Source of the DNA: an uncultured Candidatus Saccharibacteria bacterium
GTDB taxonomy: Bacteria; Patescibacteriota; Minisyncoccia; Minisyncoccales; Staskawiczbacteraceae
Reading direction: 5' to 3'
Length of the DNA stretch: 40,116 nucleotides
Assembly: GCA_964539855.1 (NCBI GenBank)
Contig: CAZIJR010000001.1
Coordinates: forward strand, 1 to 40,116
This document shows, piece after piece, positions 15,917 to 25,571 of the stretch. Both the position numbers and the translations under genes were made by a program. The first letter of the stretch is position 1, and every line of letters begins with the position of its first letter. The notes below the pieces were generated by a model. It searched no databases. It was given only the letters and a program-made list of their open reading frames with translations, and had not been told where the DNA came from.

Positions 15917-16594
15917 ATGGCCGAATCCGCAACACAACAATTTTTGGAAATACAAGATATAAGAGAGGGGGTTTTGTTGCTAAAAAATAACCAGATAAGG
16001 GGAGTTTTGATGGTCTCTTCTATAAATTTTGCTTTAAAATCAGAGGATGAACAAACTGCCATTATTTATGCTTTCCAAAGCTTTTTAAACTCTTTAGATT
16101 TTTCATGCCAGATTGTAATCCAATCCAGAAATATAAATATAACTCCGTACCTGGACAGCTTAAAAGATTTGGAGGAAAGGCAGCCTAATGAATTACTAAG
16201 AGAACAAACCAAATCTTACCGCGAGTTTATAAAAAATATGGTAGTAGGGGATACTGTTATGACCAAAAACTTTTATGTGGTAGTGCCTTACAACTTGATG
16301 GAAGTTTTTGGAATGAAGGGCGCTGGAAAACAATTTAATTTTTTAAAACAATTTTCAGGAGGACAAAACGGACCCGGAGGCACTCCACAGCCCATGAAGG
16401 ATGATGATTTTCAAAGATGTAAAACCCAGCTTTGGCAAAGAATGGAATATCTGGCCATGGGGTTACGAAGGTGCGGGCTAGAAGCAATGCCTTTGACCAC
16501 CCCCGAGCTTATAGAACTTTTTTGGGCAATACATCATCCCGAGCAAGCAGAAGTGGGATACTACCCAGAAATTTTACCCGAACTATTAAAATAA
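15917..16594 (+). CDS. VirB4 N-terminal region (CagE/TrbE/VirB-like) encoded as a separate ORF
   Basis: QQFLEIQDIREGVLLLKNNQIRGVLMVSSINFALKSEDEQTAIIYAFQSFLNSLDFSCQIVIQS follows the pattern at the start of Gram-positive VirB4 homologs. The ORF is in the same frame as the next ORF, separated by TAA ACT. Confidence 0.5.
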   Translation: MAESATQQFLEIQDIREGVLLLKNNQIRGVLMVSSINFALKSEDEQTAIIYAFQSFLNSLDFSCQIVIQSRNINITPYLDSLKDLEERQPNELLREQTKSYREFIKNMVVGDTVMTKNFYVVVPYNLMEVFGMKGAGKQFNFLKQFSGGQNGPGGTPQPMKDDDFQRCKTQLWQRMEYLAMGLRRCGLEAMPLTTPELIELFWAIHHPEQAEVGYYPEILPELLK

Positions 16595-16597
16595 ACT

Positions 16598-18409
16598 ATG
16601 GCTTTAGATTTTTTAAACAATCTTTTTGGAAAAAAACAGGAAAATCTGGCTGACAATAAAATCTTCGAGGAAGAACAATTTGATGTAAGAGATATTATTG
16701 CCCCACCATATATTGGAGTAATGCAAGACAAAATAAAACTTGGCGAAAGGTTTGCCAAATCGTTTTTTGTATTTTCCTATCCCAGGTATTTAAATACCGG
16801 CTGGTTCTCGCCCGTAATTGATTTAAACACTCCAATGGATATTTCCTTTTTTATACATCCTGTAAGTTCAGAACTTATTTTAAAAAAATTAAGAAAAAAG
16901 GTAACCGAGGTTTCTTCAGAAATAATGGAAAGAGAAGAAAAGGGATTAATCAGAGACCCTGCGCTACAAACAGCCTACCAAGATATTGAAGCTCTTCGCG
17001 ACAATTTAATGACGGCCCAAGAAAAAATGTTTCGCTTTGGGGTTTACATCACAATTTATGAAAACTCCGAAAAAGAATTGCGCGACACAGAACTTACTTT
17101 AAGATCAATTTTTGAATCCAGACTAATTTACATCAAACCGGCTTTATTTAAACAAAAGGAAGGATTTATTTCCTGCAGCCCTTATGGCATGGACTTAATA
17201 GATGTACACACTCCCATGGACACGGCTCCACTTTCCACTTCTTTCCCTTTTATTTCCTTTGATTTAAGCTCTAATGAAGGAATTTTATATGGAATAAACA
17301 GGCACAATAATTCTTTGGTTTTGTTTGACAGGTTTAGTTTGGAAAACGCCAATATGGTTTGTTTTGCAAAATCAGGCTCAGGAAAATCTTACGCAATAAA
17401 ACTAGAAATTTTAAGATACTTGATGCAGGGGGTAGATGTAATTGTTATTGACCCTGAAAATGAATATGAATTTTTGGCTGATGCTGTGGGTGGAGCGTTC
17501 TTTAAAATTTCTTTGACTTCCCAAAATCACGTTAATCCTTTCGACTTACCCATTCCCGGTCCCGACGATAATCCTGATGACATTTTAAGGTCAAATATTA
17601 TAAACTTAGTGGGACTTTTAAGAATTATGCTGGGCGGATTGAGCGCGGAAGAAGACAGCGTTTTAGACGAAGCACTATCTGAAACCTATGCTGTTAGAGA
17701 TATAACCGGACAATCAGATCCAAAAACCTGGCAAAATAATATTCCCTTAATGTCTGACTTTGAAGAAATTTTAGAAAGCATGACAGGGACTGAATCATTA
17801 GTAAAAAGAATAAAAAAATATACAAAAGGAACTTTTTCCGATTTTTTCAACCAACACTCAAATATTTCCATAGACAAAAGCTTTGCTGTTTTTGGAATAA
17901 GAGACATGGAAGACTCTCTAAGACCCATTGCGCTTTATATTATTATGCGTCATGTCTGGAATACTGTTAGAACACAGCTAAAAAAGAGAATTTTGGTTAT
18001 TGACGAGGCGTGGTGGCTTATGCAGTCAGATGACGGAGCATCGTTTTTGTTTGGAATGGCAAAACGAGGTAGAAAATACTGGCTAGGGCTTACCACAATA
18101 ACCCAGAACGTCTCTGACTTTATGGGTTCAGATTACGGAAGAGCAATTATTACCAACTCTTCACTTCAACTTTTAATGAAGCAATCTACTGGTGATATTG
18201 AGCTCGTACAAAAAACTTTCAACTTAACAGAACAAGAAAAATATTTGCTTCTTGAAGCTGCTGTGGGTGAGGGTTTATTTTTTGCGGGAAGAAAACACGT
18301 GGCAATTTCTGTAGTTGCCAGCCAGACAGAAAATGAAATTATAACCACAAGTCCCGCAGAGGTCTTAAAAATGAGAGAAGACAAAAGAAAGCTCTCTGAA
18401 AATATATAA
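16598..18409 (+). CDS. VirB4-family T4SS ATPase (middle and ATPase domains)
   Basis: Walker A in FAKSGSGKSYAIK and Walker B in RILVIDEAWWL. Also ...ITQNVSDF... and the VirB4-type region upstream of the P-loop (FAKSFFVFSYPRYLNTGW...). Confidence 0.85.
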   Translation: MALDFLNNLFGKKQENLADNKIFEEEQFDVRDIIAPPYIGVMQDKIKLGERFAKSFFVFSYPRYLNTGWFSPVIDLNTPMDISFFIHPVSSELILKKLRKKVTEVSSEIMEREEKGLIRDPALQTAYQDIEALRDNLMTAQEKMFRFGVYITIYENSEKELRDTELTLRSIFESRLIYIKPALFKQKEGFISCSPYGMDLIDVHTPMDTAPLSTSFPFISFDLSSNEGILYGINRHNNSLVLFDRFSLENANMVCFAKSGSGKSYAIKLEILRYLMQGVDVIVIDPENEYEFLADAVGGAFFKISLTSQNHVNPFDLPIPGPDDNPDDILRSNIINLVGLLRIMLGGLSAEEDSVLDEALSETYAVRDITGQSDPKTWQNNIPLMSDFEEILESMTGTESLVKRIKKYTKGTFSDFFNQHSNISIDKSFAVFGIRDMEDSLRPIALYIIMRHVWNTVRTQLKKRILVIDEAWWLMQSDDGASFLFGMAKRGRKYWLGLTTITQNVSDFMGSDYGRAIITNSSLQLLMKQSTGDIELVQKTFNLTEQEKYLLLEAAVGEGLFFAGRKHVAISVVASQTENEIITTSPAEVLKMREDKRKLSENI

Positions 18410-18425
18410 TTGCTTTAGGCAAAGA

Positions 18426-21400
18426 ATGCTAAAAAAAACAAAAATAAAAACTTTTTTGCAGCTGGCTGTTGTTAGCTTGTTTTTGACTACCGCAAAATTC
18501 GCGCATGCTCTTGAAGCAAGTTATCCTACAATATTTGGCCTGTCTTTGGGCGACAGCCCTTCGCTTCCCGAATATGCAAAATACTTTTTTAATATTGGCA
18601 TAATCTCAGCGGGAATTTTGGCCGCTCTAGTAATTGCGTTTGGCGGAATTTATTATTTAGTAGATTTTGGCAGGGGAAAGTTCAAAAGCGAAGGAATGGA
18701 GTGGATAAAAGCTGGCACGCTCGGACTTTTGCTTATAATGTGTGCCTACTTAATTGTTTACACTATAAACCCCTACTTGGTTATTTTTGATTTGAAAGGA
18801 CTGGCCCCTCTTGCCTTTCTTTCCAATTTATTTAGCTCTCCGTCATCTTCTCTGCCAGTTGAAGTTTATACAGAAATACCCATAGGAATATTGACTGAAA
18901 ACCTTTTAACCCGAACTATGGACTGCTATAATTTTGACGGCAATGGCGACCCTATTGAAGGAGAGCCCCTAACCGTAGACGATGGTAGAAAATTATACGG
19001 CCCCACCTATTTAAAACACGACCAGGCAGACTGCTTCTTAAAGCTGGCTGAGGCTATTGAAAAAAAGTCAGACATAGCCAACCAATTATCAATAAAAATT
19101 GCCGAGTTAATGCAACAATGCCAATGTTCTGAAGGCACTTGCGATACGCAATGGAACTCTAAATGCCCGGAAAAGCCACCTTGCAACAAGGCCAAAGGTA
19201 TATGCAAGCCCATTTTAGATGAAAGTTGCTGTCCTGCTGACGTAAAAAAACAAATTGAGGAGGGCCTCATAACTCTTGACCAAAATGAGGGAGGGACTTC
19301 CTGCCCGGGCTCTGAGAAAAAATATACGGGCCTAGAAGAATTTAGGTCAAAACAATTTGGTAGTAACTATTTTGCTATAAAAACTTTTGTAGAGATTCAA
19401 CCTCCAGCGAAAGTAAACGGTAAAGATATCTGGATAATAAATAACGGGAATTGCCAAGTCTGCATTTATAATTGCCCGGCAACATGCACGGAAGGTGATA
19501 ACCAGTGTTTAAATAAAAAACAAAACTGTGAAGAGCAACAATCAGAATGCCTAGTAGGAAGACAAAAATGCCTACAAAAAAACAGCCCTTGGTATAAATT
19601 AAAACTTATAGACCAGCTCACATATCTTAGAGGACGAGCCGAAGAAATAAAACAAAAAGTTCAGCAAGACATAAATAATTTAACAAGCGCTGAAGACTTA
19701 TTGGGAAAATGTTACTTGGCAGACGCTTATGTAGATTTTTTTAAGGTGTACGAAAAAACCGATAAAAAAGAAAAAACTATCCTTGTTCAAAAAACCTTTT
19801 CGGACCCGGAAACTCAAAAAATTGTTAATCCTGCCAAGTATTGCGAAGGTTTCCAATATAATAATTCAAGCTGTTATAGTCAATGTCAAAAAGTTTGTCC
19901 TGGTACGAGCAGTCAAGAAGTTGGTTATTACAAAAAAGCTCAGAGTTGCAATAATATAGCTCTAAAAGAAAGACAAAAGTGTCTGGAGCAACAGGCAAAA
20001 TATATAAAAGAAATTTATGACAATCGCTCGTGCATTGCAGGCGCTAGCCCTTTCAAAACTTTTCCCGAGTGTATGGATAACTGTAACCAAAATTGCTTGA
20101 GTTCTTGTGAAAAATCCTGCCTAAGCGCCGAAGAACTAAAAAAATGCCAGGATAAATGCAACAATGATTCAAAATGCCTGCTGGACAATGAAGACAAATG
20201 CCTAATAAACTTTAACAGGCTAAAAGATTGCTCTGATTCCACAGCCTGTGTTGCAGGATGCAGTGGCGATAATGACTGCATACAAAAATGTAATGTCCAA
20301 TATAATGACATTAATTTTGTAAAAAATTGCATAGAAAATTCTGCCTCACTTTGCACTTATTGTTCAGACCAGTATGCTGGTTATCCTGAATGCCTAACGC
20401 CTTCATATTATAATCAGGGCAACTATTCTTCCTCTTTTTTGTGTAGTGATCCTAATTCCCAGCTCTGCAAATATGGAATTACAACAACAGATGTAAATGG
20501 AAATACAGTTAGCCAAACCGCTGATAGTTGCACGGTTCAAAACCTGGAAACTTCAAAATGTCCAGTAAACTCTAAATGCCCAGAATGCCCGTGCGACATC
20601 GTCAGCGACCAGCCTACAGAAAACAGTTATGCTGGTCAAACAGAAGAACCAACGGGCACAGATTGCTCTGATGCAAATAAAAACAACGGAGAAGACACAG
20701 CATACAGGGTGTGCAGCCCGACTTGTGACAACTACGCTTTTAATGATGACCCATTAACCTTTTACTGTAATCAAACCTGGTGGAAAAAAGATGAAACAAA
20801 AAATACAGAACCTCTTGGAAGTTCAAAAATCTGCCCTAAAAATAAAGAAATACCTGTAGGCAGGACCGTGGACGATGCAGAAGCCTGGGGACAAGCATTT
20901 ATGCAAGTCATAAATGATTTTACCCAAAAAGCAGACGAAATGATAAATTATATTAAAAAAATTGGGGATGAAAAAAAATACTGTCAGTGCGACAGCACTT
21001 GCGGAGGGTCAGAACTTGTTTGCAAACCAGAATGCGAAGACTTTACAGTTTTTGATGAAGATAACAAAAAAATTGGGGAAGGTTGTGCTCAAAGTCCATG
21101 TTCGGGAAATCCTTGCCAAAAAATGATCAATCTTCTTTTAGGAAAAGAGGCGGGAAATGAATTTACAGACAACGACCCAGATGCTTGTCCAGCAGGACAA
21201 AATAGCGGATTTGAAGGCGTAAATTGGTATTTAGAACAAGTAAAAGATGGACTTAAAGAAGTAGAAGATTTTGTGCTAAAAGACAAAAGATCAGACATAT
21301 TAAAGGAACTTGAATATTCACGACAAGGCATAAATACTTGCAGTACAAACTATGACAAAGAAACAAGTATTTTAAGCTGTACAAGAGTGGAAGATGAAAT

Positions 21401-21551
21401 TATGCCACCCTTGATAGCAACTTCAAACCCGGCTAAAACAATTGTTGGCACAAATAAACCTGTAGCTTCATATTGCTACGGACAAGAGTTGGGAAAAATA
21501 TTAGGCACAGAACCTTTGGCCGACAATTGGTTTTGCTGTCAAACAAAATAA
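18426..21551 (+). CDS. giant cysteine-rich surface protein with an N-terminal VirB2-like (pilin-type) membrane hairpin
   Basis: Signal peptide (..FAHA|LEASYP), LPEYAKYFF, and two TM helices ending in YTINPYL. About 900 aa follow, holding nearly all of the protein's about 72 Cys by my hand count (CxC and CxxxC clusters). Confidence 0.7.
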   Translation: MLKKTKIKTFLQLAVVSLFLTTAKFAHALEASYPTIFGLSLGDSPSLPEYAKYFFNIGIISAGILAALVIAFGGIYYLVDFGRGKFKSEGMEWIKAGTLGLLLIMCAYLIVYTINPYLVIFDLKGLAPLAFLSNLFSSPSSSLPVEVYTEIPIGILTENLLTRTMDCYNFDGNGDPIEGEPLTVDDGRKLYGPTYLKHDQADCFLKLAEAIEKKSDIANQLSIKIAELMQQCQCSEGTCDTQWNSKCPEKPPCNKAKGICKPILDESCCPADVKKQIEEGLITLDQNEGGTSCPGSEKKYTGLEEFRSKQFGSNYFAIKTFVEIQPPAKVNGKDIWIINNGNCQVCIYNCPATCTEGDNQCLNKKQNCEEQQSECLVGRQKCLQKNSPWYKLKLIDQLTYLRGRAEEIKQKVQQDINNLTSAEDLLGKCYLADAYVDFFKVYEKTDKKEKTILVQKTFSDPETQKIVNPAKYCEGFQYNNSSCYSQCQKVCPGTSSQEVGYYKKAQSCNNIALKERQKCLEQQAKYIKEIYDNRSCIAGASPFKTFPECMDNCNQNCLSSCEKSCLSAEELKKCQDKCNNDSKCLLDNEDKCLINFNRLKDCSDSTACVAGCSGDNDCIQKCNVQYNDINFVKNCIENSASLCTYCSDQYAGYPECLTPSYYNQGNYSSSFLCSDPNSQLCKYGITTTDVNGNTVSQTADSCTVQNLETSKCPVNSKCPECPCDIVSDQPTENSYAGQTEEPTGTDCSDANKNNGEDTAYRVCSPTCDNYAFNDDPLTFYCNQTWWKKDETKNTEPLGSSKICPKNKEIPVGRTVDDAEAWGQAFMQVINDFTQKADEMINYIKKIGDEKKYCQCDSTCGGSELVCKPECEDFTVFDEDNKKIGEGCAQSPCSGNPCQKMINLLLGKEAGNEFTDNDPDACPAGQNSGFEGVNWYLEQVKDGLKEVEDFVLKDKRSDILKELEYSRQGINTCSTNYDKETSILSCTRVEDEIMPPLIATSNPAKTIVGTNKPVASYCYGQELGKILGTEPLADNWFCCQTK

Positions 21552-21568
21552 AATTATATTTGTAAAAT

Positions 21569-23017
21569 ATGTTCAAAAAATTTAAGCGCGTAATAATATC
21601 CCTTATAATTATTTTATTCTTTTTTGGTGCTCACTCCGCGCTTGCGCTTGAAAGAAAATATCCTTCACTTCCCATGATAGGAAGTCCAGAAAATTGCACT
21701 GGAAGCGGGTGTTTGCCTTTGTTTGTTTCATATTGGTTTACATTAGCCATTATTGCGGCTTGTATTTTAGCGCTTATCTCTTTTACGGTTGGAGCTATTG
21801 GGCTAATAAACCCGAATCCAGACTCTCACAATAATGCCAAAGATAGAATGAAGGGCTCTATTTTGGGGCTGGTTCTGTGCCTTTCAGCCTTAATATTATT
21901 ACAAACTATAAACCCAAATATCGTGGGCCTGCAACTGACCCCTTTGCCAGGCGCTCCTGGGATTTATTATGCCAAGGGGAGTGAACTGACAGCTGTCGCT
22001 TTTTCTGTGAATGATTTTACCAACTCCCAGGCGCGCCAAGACGGCTACAACGCAATAAAATACAAGTGTAGCGCAGAAGGCGGAGGAACAGGACCCAATC
22101 TTTTGATTTGGAAATTCCCCAATCCCGGACTCGAAGGAAATAACGACTTAAACAGTGTCACTATGGCGGTAAAAAGTTGTGGTCAATCAGAACCACTTGG
22201 AGGCGTAGGATCATTTAAAATGGCCTTTGAAGCTCCTGGCGTATATTATTATGCCAACACAGGATGTTCTGGCTATATGTCTTATGCAAACACCTCAACC
22301 CAAAATTCAATATCAGCTCCTTTTATAGGTGTGATAAAATCAGTAAAAATTGTTAACGACCCGGAAAACAATGATTATTACGGTGCTATTTTTCACGGAG
22401 TACCGGATGCCTCAAAGGGCAGCGATTGCACCAACCCAATTTTCACTGCCGACGGCGGTTGTAAAAATTTATCTGACTATTTGCTTTCTCCTAATTTTGG
22501 TGCATTTTCCGCCAACATCTTTAAATGGGCGAAAAACAAATCTTCCTCATCGGGAGATGGAGTTTGGTTTTACAGCGACAGCAACGGCTGGGACAGCGGA
22601 AACAAATCTGGGGTATTTTATATAAATTCACAAAATATTGGTACCTACGCATCCCAAAAAGCCGCGGATTTAAAGTTTAATTATGCGGGGGTTGATAGCG
22701 CCCAAGCCATAACCTGTACTTCTTATCCTTCGTGCAGGGATATTGATTGGGAAAATAATGAGTATCCAGATTGTTGTGGATGCTCTTCGCCAAAAGATTG
22801 GAGCGCTGGAGAGGGCAACAAGTGTGCAGGATCTATAAAGTTTGGGGGGAACGGATATTTAGTAAGTCTTTATATTACTTATAGCGATATAGACGGCAAT
22901 GACAGATTGTTTTGCCAAACCTTTGAAAAAGATACTCCCAACCTAAGCACGGCATGGTCTGCTTCTCCTGGAGGCGCAGAATTAGACCACATTGATATAA
23001 TTCCAATAGTTCAATAA
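21569..23017 (+). CDS. pilin-hairpin fusion protein, paralog 1
   Basis: Signal peptide (ALA|LERKYPSLP), a two-TM hairpin ending QTINPNI, PLPG, then about 360 aa extracellular. C-terminus ...HIDIIPIVQ. Confidence 0.7.
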   Translation: MFKKFKRVIISLIIILFFFGAHSALALERKYPSLPMIGSPENCTGSGCLPLFVSYWFTLAIIAACILALISFTVGAIGLINPNPDSHNNAKDRMKGSILGLVLCLSALILLQTINPNIVGLQLTPLPGAPGIYYAKGSELTAVAFSVNDFTNSQARQDGYNAIKYKCSAEGGGTGPNLLIWKFPNPGLEGNNDLNSVTMAVKSCGQSEPLGGVGSFKMAFEAPGVYYYANTGCSGYMSYANTSTQNSISAPFIGVIKSVKIVNDPENNDYYGAIFHGVPDASKGSDCTNPIFTADGGCKNLSDYLLSPNFGAFSANIFKWAKNKSSSSGDGVWFYSDSNGWDSGNKSGVFYINSQNIGTYASQKAADLKFNYAGVDSAQAITCTSYPSCRDIDWENNEYPDCCGCSSPKDWSAGEGNKCAGSIKFGGNGYLVSLYITYSDIDGNDRLFCQTFEKDTPNLSTAWSASPGGAELDHIDIIPIVQ

Positions 23018-23034
23018 TAAAACCACTTATAAAA

Positions 23035-24372
23035 GTGCATAAAAACTATTATAAACATTTTGCTTTTCTGTATACTACCGTTTTGCTGTTTTTTTTGAAC
23101 AGTTCCTTTGCTTTTGCGCTTGAAACAACTTACCCTTCTTTGCCTGGATTTCCGGCAGTTACAGATAAAAGCAATCTACCAGAGTATGTTGCCTATTTTT
23201 TTGGATTGGCAATAGCAGTAGCTGCAATTTTAGCCGTTATCTTTTTAGCAATAGGTGGGCTACGATTAATAACGTCTATAAGCAGTCCTTCTGCCCATAC
23301 TGACGCGTGGAATACGATAAAGGGCGCTATCTTAGGGTTATTATTATTAATGGCTGCTTTCTTAATTTTGCGAACAATAAATCCTGATTTTATAGAGCCC
23401 GTTTTAACTCCTTTGCCTGATGTTGATGGAATTTTTTACTATGATGGAACCAATAAACTGCCCTCCCCTATGTCAGAATCAAATACGCGCAATGTGCCCG
23501 AAGGGTATGACCGGTTAATTTATGTATGTAGTTCTGGTCCATCTTTGTTTGTATGGAAGTTTCCTGAAACAAATTTTCAAGGGATTGATGGCGCCTACAC
23601 ACAAGCTATAAACTGCGGAGATTCTATTAATATTACAGATGCCAGATCTTTTAATTTAGCGTTTGAGTCCACGGGTATTTATTATTGTATGGGAGGTTGC
23701 AGTGAAACAGGGACAATATGCTCTGGGCTTATGTCTAAAACAAACACATCAAGTGGACAAATATCCGAGCCTTTTAAAAACAATGTGAAATCGGTACTGT
23801 TTGTAAACGATCCTACACAAGCTCTACAATATGGCGCTGTTTTCCATTTTTTTGATGACCCAAAGCAATCAGGTCCATGCTCTTTTATTTATAACCTAAC
23901 GAGCACAGACAAAAAAAGAAGTTGTTTTAATATGGGGAGTAGTCCTTCCTCGTCAGTTAGTGTTTTTGCTTGGAACTATAAAACCCCTGAAACATCTGGA
24001 GCGGGGGCAAACTTTTATAGTGAACCATGGGGGAATGCCGTAGGCGCCCGCGCTGGAAATTATTTTCTCAGTAGTGGCAACATAAAAAATTATTTTCATA
24101 TTCCTACTAATAAAATAATTTTTAATTATTCTGGTATTAATAGGCCCACCAACTATATCAGCCTTTACCAAAGTTTTTTGCAACGCCCAGGGTCAATTTA
24201 TTTAGAAGGAAATTACCTTTTTGTTCTAAACAATCTCATCTCTACCAACGATCATGGAGAAAAATTGTTTGTTTGCCAAATTTTTTATAGTGATATTTTT
24301 AATATAAAAGAAACTGAGTTTTTTGCAAAAGAAAATAAAATTGAAAACATTGAAATACTGCCGATAAAATAA
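23035..24372 (+). CDS. pilin-hairpin fusion protein, paralog 2 (GTG start)
   Basis: FAFA|LETTYPSLPG, LPEYVAYFF, RTINPDF, PLP. It shares WKFP, AFExxGxYY, KSVxxVNDP and YGAxFH with the preceding gene. C-terminus ...NIEILPIK. Confidence 0.7.
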   Translation: MHKNYYKHFAFLYTTVLLFFLNSSFAFALETTYPSLPGFPAVTDKSNLPEYVAYFFGLAIAVAAILAVIFLAIGGLRLITSISSPSAHTDAWNTIKGAILGLLLLMAAFLILRTINPDFIEPVLTPLPDVDGIFYYDGTNKLPSPMSESNTRNVPEGYDRLIYVCSSGPSLFVWKFPETNFQGIDGAYTQAINCGDSINITDARSFNLAFESTGIYYCMGGCSETGTICSGLMSKTNTSSGQISEPFKNNVKSVLFVNDPTQALQYGAVFHFFDDPKQSGPCSFIYNLTSTDKKRSCFNMGSSPSSSVSVFAWNYKTPETSGAGANFYSEPWGNAVGARAGNYFLSSGNIKNYFHIPTNKIIFNYSGINRPTNYISLYQSFLQRPGSIYLEGNYLFVLNNLISTNDHGEKLFVCQIFYSDIFNIKETEFFAKENKIENIEILPIK

Positions 24373-24374
24373 TT

Positions 24375-25562
24375 ATGCCAAAAAATCATACAATATCTTT
24401 TATAATTTTATTCTTTATTATATCAGCCGGGTTTTTTTTCCTGCCTCAAAATAAAGTTTTTTCCGCCGACTTACAACTTGAAGTTGCGTATCCTGTTTTG
24501 GGAACAGGAGCAAAAATAACAGCACAGTCAGATTTAACCGAATATCTAAAATATGTTTTTGACTTTGGAATAATGATAGGATTTTTCTTTGTTTTTCTTT
24601 CTTTGGCCTGGGCCGGAGCTCTTTATTTTTTATCTCCGGCAATTCCGGGAGCATTAAATGACGTAAAAGACAGGATTTCGGGCGCTATAACAGGAATGGT
24701 TATTTTAGTACTTTTGTATTTAATTATTGTAACAATAAACCCATACCTGGCTATTTTTAAGCTTGGCGAGATAGAACCCGTACCACTGCCAGAGCCTAAT
24801 ACTTCTTACCCGGGGGTTACTTTATATGAATCTGAAAATTGTTCTGGCACTTCAAACACTTACACCAACAACGTATCTGATTTGGGAAGCTTAAACAATA
24901 AGGTGCAGTCTGTAGGCATTTCACAAAACCCAGAGGAAAAGCTTTATTATATAGCTGTTTTATATGATATAAACGGTAATTGGGGAAAATGCCAATATAT
25001 AAACCCAAACAACCCTTGCGCGCCAAAAATAGATCCATTTGCCGCATCAGCTTCCATTTACCAATATGATTTTTATCCAAAAGGTGATGGCATTTACTTA
25101 TACCGCAAACCGTTTGATCAAATCCCAGGGAAAGAAGAAAATAAAAAAGGGGGATATTTAAAAATCACTAATTCCCAGATTGGTAAAGGAACTTTGCTAT
25201 ATCTTCCTAATCTGCGCTTTACGGGCATGTCTTCTAATTATAATAATTTAAGAGATTGCTCTGTTCCTGAAGAAGAGCAAGATTGCGCGAAATACGACGA
25301 AAAAGGAAAGTGTACACAAAAAGAATGTCCTAAATTATCAGAAAAAAACATATCCTCAATATATATATCAGGAGATTATCTAGTTTTGCTTGTATATTTT
25401 GCACCCGGCGACAATCCACAAGGGCCTTGGACTTATTGCCAGGCCTATGCCTCTAACAATGACGTGAACAAAGAAGGGCCGGAGCAAATAAAATGGGATG
25501 CTGTAAGGAATCAGGGGAAAGACCCGAATTGGATAGCTATTATTCCAATAAAAGAAAAATAA
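24375..25562 (+). CDS. pilin-hairpin fusion protein, paralog 3 (more divergent)
   Basis: LEVAYPVL, LTEYLKYVF, VTINPYL, PLPEP. VQSVGISQNPEEKLYYIAVLYD aligns with the KSVKIVNDPENNDYYGAIFH motif of paralog 1. C-terminus ...WIAIIPIKEK. Confidence 0.7.
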   Translation: MPKNHTISFIILFFIISAGFFFLPQNKVFSADLQLEVAYPVLGTGAKITAQSDLTEYLKYVFDFGIMIGFFFVFLSLAWAGALYFLSPAIPGALNDVKDRISGAITGMVILVLLYLIIVTINPYLAIFKLGEIEPVPLPEPNTSYPGVTLYESENCSGTSNTYTNNVSDLGSLNNKVQSVGISQNPEEKLYYIAVLYDINGNWGKCQYINPNNPCAPKIDPFAASASIYQYDFYPKGDGIYLYRKPFDQIPGKEENKKGGYLKITNSQIGKGTLLYLPNLRFTGMSSNYNNLRDCSVPEEEQDCAKYDEKGKCTQKECPKLSEKNISSIYISGDYLVLLVYFAPGDNPQGPWTYCQAYASNNDVNKEGPEQIKWDAVRNQGKDPNWIAIIPIKEK

Positions 25563-25571
25563 ACTTAAAAC

